A DNA stretch of 40,326 nucleotides. Source: a virus. The DNA lies in IMG/VR virus record IMGVR_UViG_3300019458_000017, positions 1 to 40,326 of that record; one strand, 5' to 3'. The translations under genes were made by a program, and so were the position numbers. How positions within the stretch are numbered: the stretch's first letter is position 1; every line of letters begins with the position of its first letter. This document shows, piece after piece, positions 1 to 7,080 of this stretch. Under the pieces are notes generated by a model, which saw nothing but the letters and a program-made list of their open reading frames with translations, was not told the origin of the DNA and did not search any database.

Positions 1-123
1 CGAGCGGAATGGGCACCCGCTCCGGCTCGCCTCTCTCGGTTTCGGGACCGGCGGAACCCTGCACGTCGTCGTCACCGATGGGACGACGCAGACGCACGCG
101 GTCGCCATGCCGATGCGGGCGAC
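1..123. repeat. Terminal direct repeat, left copy (exact match to 40204..40326)
   Basis: Compared base by base; 123/123 identical to the last 123 nt of the window. The repeat lies inside a coding sequence. Confidence 0.95.
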
Positions 124-127
124 CTAG
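1..127 (+). CDS. 3' end of the sliding-clamp-like gene (continuation of 39650..40326 across the junction)
   Basis: The frame of 39650..40326 ends 2 nt into a codon (GCG AC). At the left end the same frame reads ...ATG CGG GCG ACC TAG with TAG at 125-127. The C-terminus is ...HAVAMPMRAT. Confidence 0.6.
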   Translation, partial: ERNGHPLRLASLGFGTGGTLHVVVTDGTTQTHAVAMPMRAT

Positions 128-148
128 GGCCCGATCCCCTTCTTGAGA

Positions 149-171
149 CCCCCGGGGGTTATCGGGGGTTT
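149..171 (+). terminator. Weak intrinsic-terminator-like hairpin after the clamp-like gene
   Basis: CCCCCG (149-154) pairs with CGGGGG (163-168) around an 8-nt loop, followed by TTT only. Confidence 0.3.
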
Positions 172-185
172 CCAACAACCACAGA

Positions 186-206
186 GCGCCCAAGGCGCGG
201 AAAGGA
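186..206 (+). promoter_or_regulatory. Conserved stem-loop + Shine-Dalgarno cassette, copy 1
   Basis: GCGCC-CAA-GGCGC directly followed by GGAAAGGA; ATG at 211. Confidence 0.7.
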
Positions 207-210
207 ACAC

Positions 211-441
211 ATGAAGACCGATCGAACAGTCACCCGTGATTTCCTGAACCGCCAGAATCTCCCGGTCGAGGATTCCCACCGATATGCCGTTTCGTGGCTG
301 TCGGCCGACCGACAGGCCGAGATGTGGATGGGGCTGGGCTCCACGACCGAGGAGGCTCTTGCCGATGCCATGCGAGAGGCAGTCCAGAGTGAGCTCGCCG
401 GGACCGAGTGTTATTTTGTCACGTGGAAAATCGTAGACTGA
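211..441 (+). CDS. Small early protein (76 aa), HicB/UPF0150-like GxGxTxEEA motif (tentative)
   Basis: ATG lies 4 nt after GGAAAGGA. WMGLGSTTEEALADAMRE and the C-terminal TWKIVD are paralogous to WIGYGDSEEEAIQDARRW and VWQIVD in the 2045..2644 product. Confidence 0.7.
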   Translation: MKTDRTVTRDFLNRQNLPVEDSHRYAVSWLSADRQAEMWMGLGSTTEEALADAMREAVQSELAGTECYFVTWKIVD

Positions 442-449
442 CCCACTGG

Positions 450-470
450 GCGCCCAAGGCGCGGAAAGGA
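450..470 (+). promoter_or_regulatory. Conserved stem-loop + Shine-Dalgarno cassette, copy 2
   Basis: GCGCC-CAA-GGCGC-GGAAAGGA; ATG at 478. Preceded by GACTGACCCACT (436-447), which is shared with copy 4. Confidence 0.7.
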
Positions 471-477
471 AGGAATA

Positions 478-765
478 ATGAAACCCAGTGAAGCTCTTCT
501 GATCGGAGCGGCTATGAGGCCGCAGTGTCGTGGAGAGTATTTCAAGGAAGAGAACGGCGTCCTTTGCTCCTGCGCGATCGGGGCGATGGCGGAGGGAGCC
601 GGGCTGACTCCGCCTATTCGAGGGCATGGCGAAATCTCCGACTTTTTTGACGCCACATGGCCCGAGATAAGTGACGGCCTCTGGAAAGAGATCGTCGAGC
701 TCAATGACAATGACAAGATGTCGCGCGAAGATATCGCGCATCATCTGGCCGCGAAGGGCCTGTAG
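478..765 (+). CDS. Small early protein (95 aa), unknown function
   Basis: ORF track entry with the cassette and SD upstream. The ...CSCAIGAMAEGAG...ELNDNDKMSREDIAHHL pattern resembles small phage proteins of unknown function. Confidence 0.75.
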   Translation: MKPSEALLIGAAMRPQCRGEYFKEENGVLCSCAIGAMAEGAGLTPPIRGHGEISDFFDATWPEISDGLWKEIVELNDNDKMSREDIAHHLAAKGL

Positions 766-766
766 A

Positions 767-788
767 GCGCCCTCGGGCGCGGAAAGGA
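767..788 (+). promoter_or_regulatory. Conserved stem-loop + Shine-Dalgarno cassette, copy 3
   Basis: GCGCC-CTCG-GGCGC-GGAAAGGA (loop one nt longer, palindrome preserved); ATG at 795. Confidence 0.7.
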
Positions 789-794
789 TCGACA

Positions 795-1259
795 ATGGGA
801 ACAGACATCGACATCGCCGGACTCGTACGAGACGGAATCCTCGACCTCGCTGAGGTCTTCTGCCCGGACGACTGGGGCAGGGACGCAGACGCCATCGCGT
901 CATACGCCGACCGGTGTGGGGGGCCGGATGGCATCTCCCCCGTACAGGTCAAGGTATTCCTTGAGGTCGCAACCGCATACGGGATCACGGCCTACCGCTA
1001 CTGCGCGACCGACGATGACTGGGCCGCCTCCTGGTGCGGCCCGGCCATGCTCGATAGCGGCGCGGCCATAGCGGCCGGAGAGGAGTATGCCAGCGAGCAC
1101 GATGACCCGGAGACCGAGGAGGAGACGATGGCCCGAGAGGCAGCAGCCGAAGAGGAGGAGGAGGAAGAGCGGCGGCGGGACGACGAATACCGCGACCGCC
1201 AGGCCGCAGACGAGGCCAGGCAGCTGGATTCTTCGGACCACGAGAAAGGATCGACCTGA
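795..1259 (+). CDS. Acidic early protein (154 aa)
   Basis: ORF track entry. The C-terminal third is dominated by Glu/Asp (...AAEEEEEEERRRDDEYRD...). Its stop overlaps the next start (TGATG at 1257-1261). Confidence 0.75.
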   Translation: MGTDIDIAGLVRDGILDLAEVFCPDDWGRDADAIASYADRCGGPDGISPVQVKVFLEVATAYGITAYRYCATDDDWAASWCGPAMLDSGAAIAAGEEYASEHDDPETEEETMAREAAAEEEEEEERRRDDEYRDRQAADEARQLDSSDHEKGST

Positions 1260-1579
1260 TGGACGCTTATCTTTTCAAGACAGACCTTTATTGCGCAAAC
1301 TGCGGCGAGATGCTCCGGAGGGATATCACGGCGCTCGGAGGGGCACCGCCGGAGCCGGCGGATGAGTCCACCTACGGCTCCGACGTTTACCCCAAGGGAC
1401 CGCGCGCGAATGGCTGGGGGGTAGCCCATTGTCCGCAGCATTGTCACATGTGCGGGATCTTTCTACAAAATCCCATCACAGACGAGGGACGCGAGTACGT
1501 CCGCCAATGCGTCGAAAATGTGTGGGACTATTCACGCGAAATCGTGGAGACGTGGATCGCGTTCTATCGCATTGACTGA
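1259..1579 (+). CDS. Cys-rich zinc-ribbon-like small protein (106 aa), paralog of 39154..39381
   Basis: Contains CANCG ... HCPQHCHMCG. Shares the N-terminus MDAY(L/V)FK..LYCA and a 26-nt identical initiation block with 39139-39164. Confidence 0.8.
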   Translation: MDAYLFKTDLYCANCGEMLRRDITALGGAPPEPADESTYGSDVYPKGPRANGWGVAHCPQHCHMCGIFLQNPITDEGREYVRQCVENVWDYSREIVETWIAFYRID

Positions 1580-1588
1580 CCCACTAGT

Positions 1589-1609
1589 GCGCCCACGGCG
1601 CGGAAAGGA
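1589..1609 (+). promoter_or_regulatory. Conserved stem-loop + Shine-Dalgarno cassette, copy 4
   Basis: GCGCC-CAC-GGCGC-GGAAAGGA; ATG at 1615. Preceded by GACTGACCCACT (1574-1585). Confidence 0.7.
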
Positions 1610-1614
1610 AAATC

Positions 1615-1929
1615 ATGGCGAATGAAATTTGGCTCCGCCCGTCGACAGACCATTCGATCCTGTCTCCTAGCGGTCGCGTCTCGAAGCGCGCCAGAGATGC
1701 GGCTCTCACGCGGGAGGTCGCGCGGCTATTCCCGCCCGGATACTGGGACGAGCCTGAGCCGACGGCGGACGAGGCCCGTAAAGCGCGGATCATCACTCTG
1801 CGCCGATCCGCTTCGGGCCTGCGCGCTCTCGCGGCGCATGGGATGTCACGGCGCAAGTTTTCTCTGGCGGCTGATGCTTTGGAGGCCGAAGCGATCGCGT
1901 GCGCGATTGAGCGGAAAGGAACCGAATGA
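1615..1929 (+). CDS. Small early protein (104 aa), unknown function
   Basis: ORF track entry with the cassette upstream. An alternative frame (1622..1936) is Arg/Ser-rich and looks spurious. Confidence 0.7.
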   Translation: MANEIWLRPSTDHSILSPSGRVSKRARDAALTREVARLFPPGYWDEPEPTADEARKARIITLRRSASGLRALAAHGMSRRKFSLAADALEAEAIACAIERKGTE

Positions 1930-2048
1930 ACCCTGAGGAAAAGCATCGTGCCGACTCGCTCCGTTCGCACGTCGAGTCCGGTCGCGAGTACTGGATCGGC
2001 TACGCCGATGCCGAGGCACGAATGGCTATCGATAAGGCCGCCAAATGA
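1926..2048 (+). CDS. Micro-ORF (40 aa: MNPEEKHRADSLRSHVESGREYWIGYADAEARMAIDKAAK)
   Basis: Hand-translated; below the ORF-track cutoff. Has ATGA overlaps with both neighbours (1926-1929 and 2045-2048). Confidence 0.45.
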   Translation: MNPEEKHRADSLRSHVESGREYWIGYADAEARMAIDKAAK

Positions 2049-2644
2049 TCTGCGGCACGATGACACGCGCGCAGGCGGATAAAAAGGGCATGCGCCCAGG
2101 GCGCTATGAATTCGCTGTTTTTCGCGCCAGAGACTACAGAGATTCTGTTCCGGGCGACTGGACCTTTCCGTGCGGCTGGATCGGCTATGGAGACAGCGAA
2201 GAGGAGGCCATACAAGATGCGCGCCGCTGGTGCGCGGAGCATGGGGTGGATTTCACCCTACAGTGGGCTCGGGTCTGGCAGATCGTGGACGAGGAGCCGA
2301 AGGTGGCTGTCCAGATACCATCCAGCGAAGAGCAGAAGGGCCAACTCGCGGCGGCGCTTCTGGCCGCCGGAGAGAAGTTGTTCGGCGCCATCGAAGAAAT
2401 CGACCACGTGCGCAGGGCCATCATCGCCGGCGCCGAAAAAGGCAATTCGAGCGATCGCGTCAGATACGCTGCCGCGAATCTCGCCCGCGGGCTAGCGGGC
2501 GGACTCGGAGAGGGAGCCGCTAGAATTCGACAGGCAACCTACAGCCTCACCGACCTGGGTCGCATCCTGCTCGCATTGGAAAAGACACAGTCCGAAGCCT
2601 TGCTTGGCCGCATGCTGGCTGAACCGGAGGCTGATGCGCCATGA
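2045..2644 (+). CDS. Early protein (199 aa); N-terminal domain paralogous to the 211..441 product
   Basis: ORF track entry with an ATGA overlap upstream. An alternative start is ATG 2090 (MRPGRYEF...). A GCGCCC-A-GGGCGC palindrome sits at 2092-2104. Confidence 0.75.
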   Translation: MICGTMTRAQADKKGMRPGRYEFAVFRARDYRDSVPGDWTFPCGWIGYGDSEEEAIQDARRWCAEHGVDFTLQWARVWQIVDEEPKVAVQIPSSEEQKGQLAAALLAAGEKLFGAIEEIDHVRRAIIAGAEKGNSSDRVRYAAANLARGLAGGLGEGAARIRQATYSLTDLGRILLALEKTQSEALLGRMLAEPEADAP

Positions 2645-2826
2645 AACGAAAGAAGAGTCCGCCGCCATCAACGCGCCTGGCCGAAGATGCCAAGCGGGAG
2701 GAGGAGATCCGAAAATACCGCTACATCAAAACCCTCGTCGATCTGTGGAGCACAACGAGCCTCCAGTCGGCGCCGGCGATGATGACCATCCGATCGATCA
2801 TCTACGACGTCCAGGTGAAGAATTGA
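2641..2826 (+). CDS. Small basic protein (61 aa)
   Basis: ATGA overlap with the upstream stop, GGAGG upstream, and last gene before a strong terminator. Confidence 0.6.
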   Translation: MKRKKSPPPSTRLAEDAKREEEIRKYRYIKTLVDLWSTTSLQSAPAMMTIRSIIYDVQVKN

Positions 2827-2853
2827 ACGATTCTTTCTTTCCACTTTTCTCTA

Positions 2854-2885
2854 GGCCGGGGGATTCCTCCCCCCGGCCTTTTTTT
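2854..2885 (+). terminator. Rho-independent terminator
   Basis: GGCCGGGGG (2854-2862) pairs with CCCCCGGCC (2870-2878) around a 7-nt loop, then T7 (2879-2885). Confidence 0.8.
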
Positions 2886-2900
2886 GCCCAAGGAGTACCT

Positions 2901-3062
2901 ATGAGCACCCTGGCATTCCTTCTTGTTGTCATGGCGTTCTTCTCCGGTATAGCCTTCGGTCGGATCTCCGGCCGTGGCGAGAAGAAGGCCCGCATCATGC
3001 GCCATCTCCGCGAAGAGCTGGACGACGGCGAGGGCTACGGCCGGGGGAGGGACGACGCATGA
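2901..3062 (+). CDS. Small membrane protein (53 aa)
   Basis: AAGGAG lies 5 nt upstream of the ATG. Has an N-terminal hydrophobic helix (LAFLLVVMAFFSGIAF) and a charged tail. It is the 3' part of track ORF 2604..3062. Confidence 0.6.
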   Translation: MSTLAFLLVVMAFFSGIAFGRISGRGEKKARIMRHLREELDDGEGYGRGRDDA

Positions 3063-3364
3063 GCGATCCAGCGAATCTGCCGCCGGACCTGCCGGAAGAT
3101 CCCCCAAACGGACGCCTTCTCCGCGCATTGCAATCCGCCCATGATCTCTACGAGCTAGGATGGAAGGCGAATGCGATGCGGATCCGGATCCAGGATGCCT
3201 GCTACAGTGACGACTCGTATGATCCCAGCAACACACCGTGGTCTCGACATCTGACCGCCGTGTTCTGCCGCGAAGTTATTGATGGCATAGCAAAGATCAA
3301 GCATGGGGCCAAGGGCTTGATATCGTTGGCGGGCATCGTCGGAGGGAGGATGATTTCATCGTGA
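3059..3364 (+). CDS. Hypothetical protein (101 aa)
   Basis: ORF track entry with an ATGA overlap to the upstream stop and GGGAGGG upstream. Confidence 0.7.
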   Translation: MSDPANLPPDLPEDPPNGRLLRALQSAHDLYELGWKANAMRIRIQDACYSDDSYDPSNTPWSRHLTAVFCREVIDGIAKIKHGAKGLISLAGIVGGRMISS

Positions 3365-3494
3365 GGCTCTTCGGGGCTCGTCCGGCGACGAGCCTATGAG
3401 GAGAGAAATGAGGAGATGAAGAAAAGCAGCCGCCGGGTCGCCTCGCGCGTGCATCCTGACCTCGCCGGCCGGCGGCGCTTTAGGAGAATCTGAG

Positions 3495-3779
3495 ATGGCA
3501 ACCGATCTAATACTCGCGCTCGACGCCTCGGAGGCGCTCGAGTTCCTCGCCGATGAGGCTAAGCGCATCCGGCGAGCCGTCGAGGACGCGGCCACCGGAT
3601 CATCGTTCGCTGCTGATTCCGCGTGGATCCGTTGCGATGCTTGGGTGGCGGCGCAAGGGCTTAGGGAGGCGGAAGAAATCATTGACTTTGCCTGCCGGCG
3701 ATTCAGGGCGATAAGGAAAAAAATCGGGACAGAGAAGGTGGTGCATGATGGACTCGGAACACGAGAGGGCCCGGCATGA
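3495..3779 (+). CDS. Hypothetical protein (94 aa)
   Basis: ORF track entry with AGGAGA 7 nt upstream. Confidence 0.65.
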   Translation: MATDLILALDASEALEFLADEAKRIRRAVEDAATGSSFAADSAWIRCDAWVAAQGLREAEEIIDFACRRFRAIRKKIGTEKVVHDGLGTREGPA

Positions 3780-3909
3780 AGGGCTTCAGGGTGGACAGGG
3801 GCGCACCGCGGAAGATGTCTGGCGCGATGGCTGGATCGGGTGCGCGATTCTCTTGGGATTCATAGGGGGGGTCTTTGTCGGCGCGACTCTCTTCTTCGCG
3901 ACGCAGTAA
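3745..3909 (+). CDS. Small membrane protein (54 aa: MMDSEHERARHEGLQGGQGRTAEDVWRDGWIGCAILLGFIGGVFVGATLFFATQ)
   Basis: Hand-translated; below the ORF-track cutoff. Has a clear C-terminal transmembrane helix and overlaps the upstream ORF by 35 nt. Confidence 0.45.
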   Translation: MMDSEHERARHEGLQGGQGRTAEDVWRDGWIGCAILLGFIGGVFVGATLFFATQ

Positions 3910-3930
3910 CGTTGCCCATTTTTCTACCCA

Positions 3931-3990
3931 GGGCTCGGGATGGGAGAAGATCGGCCGCTTGTGCGGTCGCATCGTCCCGAGCCCGCTTTT
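3931..3990 (+). terminator. Long imperfect hairpin + short T tract (probable terminator)
   Basis: GGGCTCGGGA (3931-3940) pairs with TCCCGAGCCC (3975-3984), followed by GCTTTT. Confidence 0.5.
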
Positions 3991-3993
3991 AAG

Positions 3994-4022
3994 TTGAAAC
4001 CCATCGCCAAAACCGATAGGAT
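3994..4022 (+). promoter_or_regulatory. Sigma70-like promoter candidate
   Basis: TTGAAA (3994-3999), 17-nt spacer, TAGGAT (4017-4022). It lies between two terminator-like hairpins. Confidence 0.4.
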
Positions 4023-4068
4023 TTGGATTGTGTGAGGTCCAAAGCGAATATGAACACATCGAACACGG

Positions 4069-4126
4069 CCCCCGGGCGTCCCGCCCCATCCAAACGCTGC
4101 GGAATCACACCGCCCGGGGGTTTTTT
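4069..4126 (+). terminator. Terminator/attenuator hairpin in front of the replication block
   Basis: CCCCCGGGCG (4069-4078) pairs perfectly with CGCCCGGGGG (4111-4120) around a 32-nt loop, then T6 (4121-4126). Confidence 0.55.
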
Positions 4127-4151
4127 CTTGCCCAAGGGAGGAGAGTGGCTG

Positions 4152-5123
4152 GTGGCCAAGAAGATCTTGAACGGACCAGAGAGCGCATCGAGGCCCTGGA
4201 TGCCGTTCTACGCGGCAAAATGGATCTCCGATCCGGGCGTCAGAGCGATGACCCTCTCCGCCCAAGGGATCTACATCAACATGATCGCGGCCTGCTGGAT
4301 TCACCGAGAAATCCCGGGCGACCCTAGGTTGAGCAACCCCTCAGCAACCCTCGAGCAGTACCTCAGCAACACCTTCGCAGTGCAGCCGCAACACCTTCGC
4401 AACGCATGGGCAACCCTTCGGCAACACTTCCGCAGCACATCTCCGGGTTTCATGGTAAACACCTTAGTTGATAAGATCTTACAAGAGTTTGACGACCCTA
4501 ACTTTTCGACAGAGAAGAGAAGAGAAGATGAGAGAAGAGAAGATGATGATGATGCTCCGAGCGATGCGAAGATCGCTTCGGAGCCGATCCCTCCGGAGCC
4601 TCCGGTTTCTGTTCCAGAGGAACTTAAAAACCTTTCGCTTTACGCCGCCGATCCGAAACTCTGCCGCAGATTTCCCGATCTGCTGCCATCCTGGCGAACC
4701 GCGTTTCCCGGAATCGTTCTCCTCGACGAGATCGCCAAGGCGCACGCCTGGGAAGTCGCGAATCCGAGCCGGCGAAAGCGTGATCGAGCGCGATTCCTAA
4801 ACACTTGGCTCAACAAAGCTCAGGACGCGCCCCGGATCGGATCAGCGACCCCTTCAATCAACCTCGAAGCCGAGCAACGCCGAAAGGCCGAAATCGCTCG
4901 AAAACGAAAAGAGAACGAACCTAGGCCGATTTCAGAGTTAGCTTGGCATGACGGAATCAAAGGCCTTAAAAACTCGCTCCGCGGGGCCGCCACGCCTATT
5001 TCGGCCCCCGGATCGACTCCAGGGACCTTAAACCGGTCCGCGGGGCATGGCGAGGCAGACAGCGGCCTTCCCAGCCGTGTGTCAAAATCGCAACAAAATC
5101 AACTTGGCCCGGAAAAAGTGTGA
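4152..5123 (+). CDS. DUF1376 (YdaU-like) domain protein, putative replication initiation/primosome-associated
   Basis: The N-terminus ...RPWMPFYAAKWISDPGVRAMTLSAQGIYINMIAACW matches the DUF1376 pattern. The start is proposed at in-frame GTG 4152, 8 nt after GGAGGAG. The track ORF starts at TTG 4023 and ATG 4050 is also possible. Confidence 0.65.
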   Translation: MAKKILNGPESASRPWMPFYAAKWISDPGVRAMTLSAQGIYINMIAACWIHREIPGDPRLSNPSATLEQYLSNTFAVQPQHLRNAWATLRQHFRSTSPGFMVNTLVDKILQEFDDPNFSTEKRREDERREDDDDAPSDAKIASEPIPPEPPVSVPEELKNLSLYAADPKLCRRFPDLLPSWRTAFPGIVLLDEIAKAHAWEVANPSRRKRDRARFLNTWLNKAQDAPRIGSATPSINLEAEQRRKAEIARKRKENEPRPISELAWHDGIKGLKNSLRGAATPISAPGSTPGTLNRSAGHGEADSGLPSRVSKSQQNQLGPEKV

Positions 5124-5959
5124 CCAAAATGCCACAACCAAACTACAGACCTCAACTTCCAGGCGTCTTCAGAATCACCCACTCAGACCTGGAGACCTAC
5201 CTCGAATGTGGGCTTCGCTGGCTCCTCAAAAAAGAGCTGAAGCACCGCCGATCCACCGTGGCGCAGATGATCGGCACCGGAATCGCCGGCGCGCAAAAGG
5301 CCGACCTTCAAGTTAAGCACGACACCGGAATCGGCCTGCGCCTCGGCCAAATCGTGGATGCGGGCGTAGCGGCCTATGAAGCCGAGCGATCTGAATGCGA
5401 GGTGGAGGCGCCGAAGATCCAGATCGCGAACGGAAAGGATGAAACAGCGGCCGCGGCAAGCTGCTACGGAACCGAAGTCTCACCACTCTACGACAAGATC
5501 AATGCCGTGGAGAAACAGATTGTAGGCCTTTTTACTATGGACCTCAGCCCCTCGGAAACGACTACGTTTGAGGTGGCAGGCACGCCCGATGTGATGACGC
5601 CGAACGGCATCGGAGACACCAAGACCGGGCAACCGTGGACGCAAGAGAGGGCCGATCGAACGCGGCAACTGACGATGTATGGATGGCTCTTCCGTGTCGC
5701 CGAGGAGAAATGGCCGGCCGAGTTGTGGATTGATTCACTGTCGCGGACAAAGGCCGGATGGCGTCACGAGCGACTCTATACCACCCGCGAAATAGAGGAT
5801 TATGTGGCCGCCGGCAAGGCGATTGCGGCGGCCAAAAAAGGAATTGAAGCCGAAGTCTATTTGCCGGCGCCGAGCAGTTCGTGGCGATGCTCGGCCAAAT
5901 GGTGTGAGTTCTACGGAAAGGGTTGCCCGGCGGTGTCCGGGCGGGAAAGGAAATTATGA
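5120..5959 (+). CDS. Cas4/RecB-like PD-(D/E)xK exonuclease with Cys cluster
   Basis: Motifs are GTPDV, IGDTKTG and QLTMYGW. An N-terminal Cys (YLECGLRW) plus the C-terminal CSAKWCEFYGKGC is typical of four-Cys Cas4/AddB-type nucleases. ATGA overlap upstream. Confidence 0.65.
   Translation: MTKMPQPNYRPQLPGVFRITHSDLETYLECGLRWLLKKELKHRRSTVAQMIGTGIAGAQKADLQVKHDTGIGLRLGQIVDAGVAAYEAERSECEVEAPKIQIANGKDETAAAASCYGTEVSPLYDKINAVEKQIVGLFTMDLSPSETTTFEVAGTPDVMTPNGIGDTKTGQPWTQERADRTRQLTMYGWLFRVAEEKWPAELWIDSLSRTKAGWRHERLYTTREIEDYVAAGKAIAAAKKGIEAEVYLPAPSSSWRCSAKWCEFYGKGCPAVSGRERKL
5925..5951 (+). promoter_or_regulatory. Stem-loop + SD of the same architecture, different stem sequence
   Basis: GCCCGG (5925-5930) pairs with CCGGGC (5937-5942), followed by GGGAAAGGA; ATG at 5956. 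It lies inside the 3' end of the nuclease gene. Confidence 0.5.
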
Positions 5960-7080
5960 GCGACGCATTCGAAGAAGAAGGAACGCAAGAGGTGTTCGTT
6001 ACCACCACGGCCCTGGAGGCCGTCACGCGGGCCGAAGTGGACATCCAGATATCGACGGCCCAGCGGTTTCCGCGAGACCTCGCGAGGGCCATTAAGGGCG
6101 TCACCGCCATGGTGACGAGCACGAAGGACATCGCGGCAGCTTGTCACTACTGCGTGCCGCGCGCAGGAAAGAAAATCACAGGGGCAACCATCCGGTTCGC
6201 CGAAATCCTCGTGAGCCAGTGGAGAAATTTCCGAGTGGCAGCGCGGATCACAGATATCGGTGAAGCGTACGTGACCGCCGAGGCGGTGTTTCTCGACTTA
6301 GAGGCGAACGGATCGACGCTGGGCGAGTCGAAGCGACGAATCACGAATCAGTCCGGCGAACGCTACAACGACGACATGATCGGTGTGACCTGTAACGCCG
6401 CGTGCGCGATTGCGCGGAGAAACGCCATCTTAGCCGGCATCCCGAGGCCGCTCTGGGAGCCGGCCTATCTGGCCGCGCTGGATGTCCTCGCCGGCAAGCC
6501 GACCGAGCTGCAGGCCGACTACAGAAAGGCCGTTGGCTTTTTCGCGAAGAAAGGCATCCCGGAATCGAAGATCCTGGCGACGCTAGGACTCAAGGCCGCC
6601 ACCGAGATCGATGGCGATTCCATCGTGACTCTGCGCGGGATCGCGACGGCGATAAAAGAAGGCACCGTCACCGCCGAGGCGGCATTCTCAGAGCCGATCC
6701 AGGACGAGGTGATGGCCAATGGGACGCCGGAGGCGATCAAGATCCCGATTGCCGCGGAGGCTCCGCAGCGGGTGGGCGGACATCGGGACGATCATCGGCT
6801 CGATCCCGCCCCGGCTGAGAAGCCGGGCGAGCTGCAGCTTGAAACTCCTGCCGTGGAGGCTCCGGCGCCGGCTCAGGCAGATGACCGCGCGCAACGATCG
6901 AAGCTCTGGGGCAAGTGGCTCATGCTTGAGGCGCATCTCACCGATGGGCAGAGGGCGGAGGTCGTCAAGTTCGCCGGCGTCAAGAAGCCGTCGGCGCAGA
7001 TGGACCTCCAGAAGATCTCCACGCTTTGCTTCGAGGCTGAAAACGCGCTTCGTCTCGCCGAGAAAGGAGGCGCGGCATGA
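5956..7080 (+). CDS. Hypothetical protein (374 aa), possible single-strand annealing/recombination protein
   Basis: Start at ATG 5956 (ATGA overlap). Sits between the exonuclease and the SMC-like ATPase. The functional guess is from context only. Confidence 0.35.
   Translation: MSDAFEEEGTQEVFVTTTALEAVTRAEVDIQISTAQRFPRDLARAIKGVTAMVTSTKDIAAACHYCVPRAGKKITGATIRFAEILVSQWRNFRVAARITDIGEAYVTAEAVFLDLEANGSTLGESKRRITNQSGERYNDDMIGVTCNAACAIARRNAILAGIPRPLWEPAYLAALDVLAGKPTELQADYRKAVGFFAKKGIPESKILATLGLKAATEIDGDSIVTLRGIATAIKEGTVTAEAAFSEPIQDEVMANGTPEAIKIPIAAEAPQRVGGHRDDHRLDPAPAEKPGELQLETPAVEAPAPAQADDRAQRSKLWGKWLMLEAHLTDGQRAEVVKFAGVKKPSAQMDLQKISTLCFEAENALRLAEKGGAA

Noticed and set aside
1-123. Terminal repeats considered as att sites or LTR-like ends of an integrated element.
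   Set aside because: The repeat is internal to a coding sequence and simply restores that ORF on circularisation. There is no integrase and no flanking host DNA.
3396-3493. Mini-ORFs MRREMRR (3396..) and the Arg-rich 25-aa MKKSSRRVASRVHPDLAGRRRFRRI (3417..3493), considered as lambda-N-like Arg-rich antiterminators that might bind the GC hairpins.
   Set aside because: This is only an analogy from arginine content. The ORFs are very short with weak context, and the region also contains a hairpin (3375-3394) and may simply be a leader for the 3495 gene.
4023-4151. N-terminal extension of the DUF1376-like gene from TTG 4023 or ATG 4050.
   Set aside because: The extension would be translated through a perfect 10-bp GC hairpin plus T6. 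It precedes a strong GGAGGAG SD with a correctly spaced in-frame GTG at 4152, and the recognisable domain begins just after 4152. It is not excluded, only less likely.
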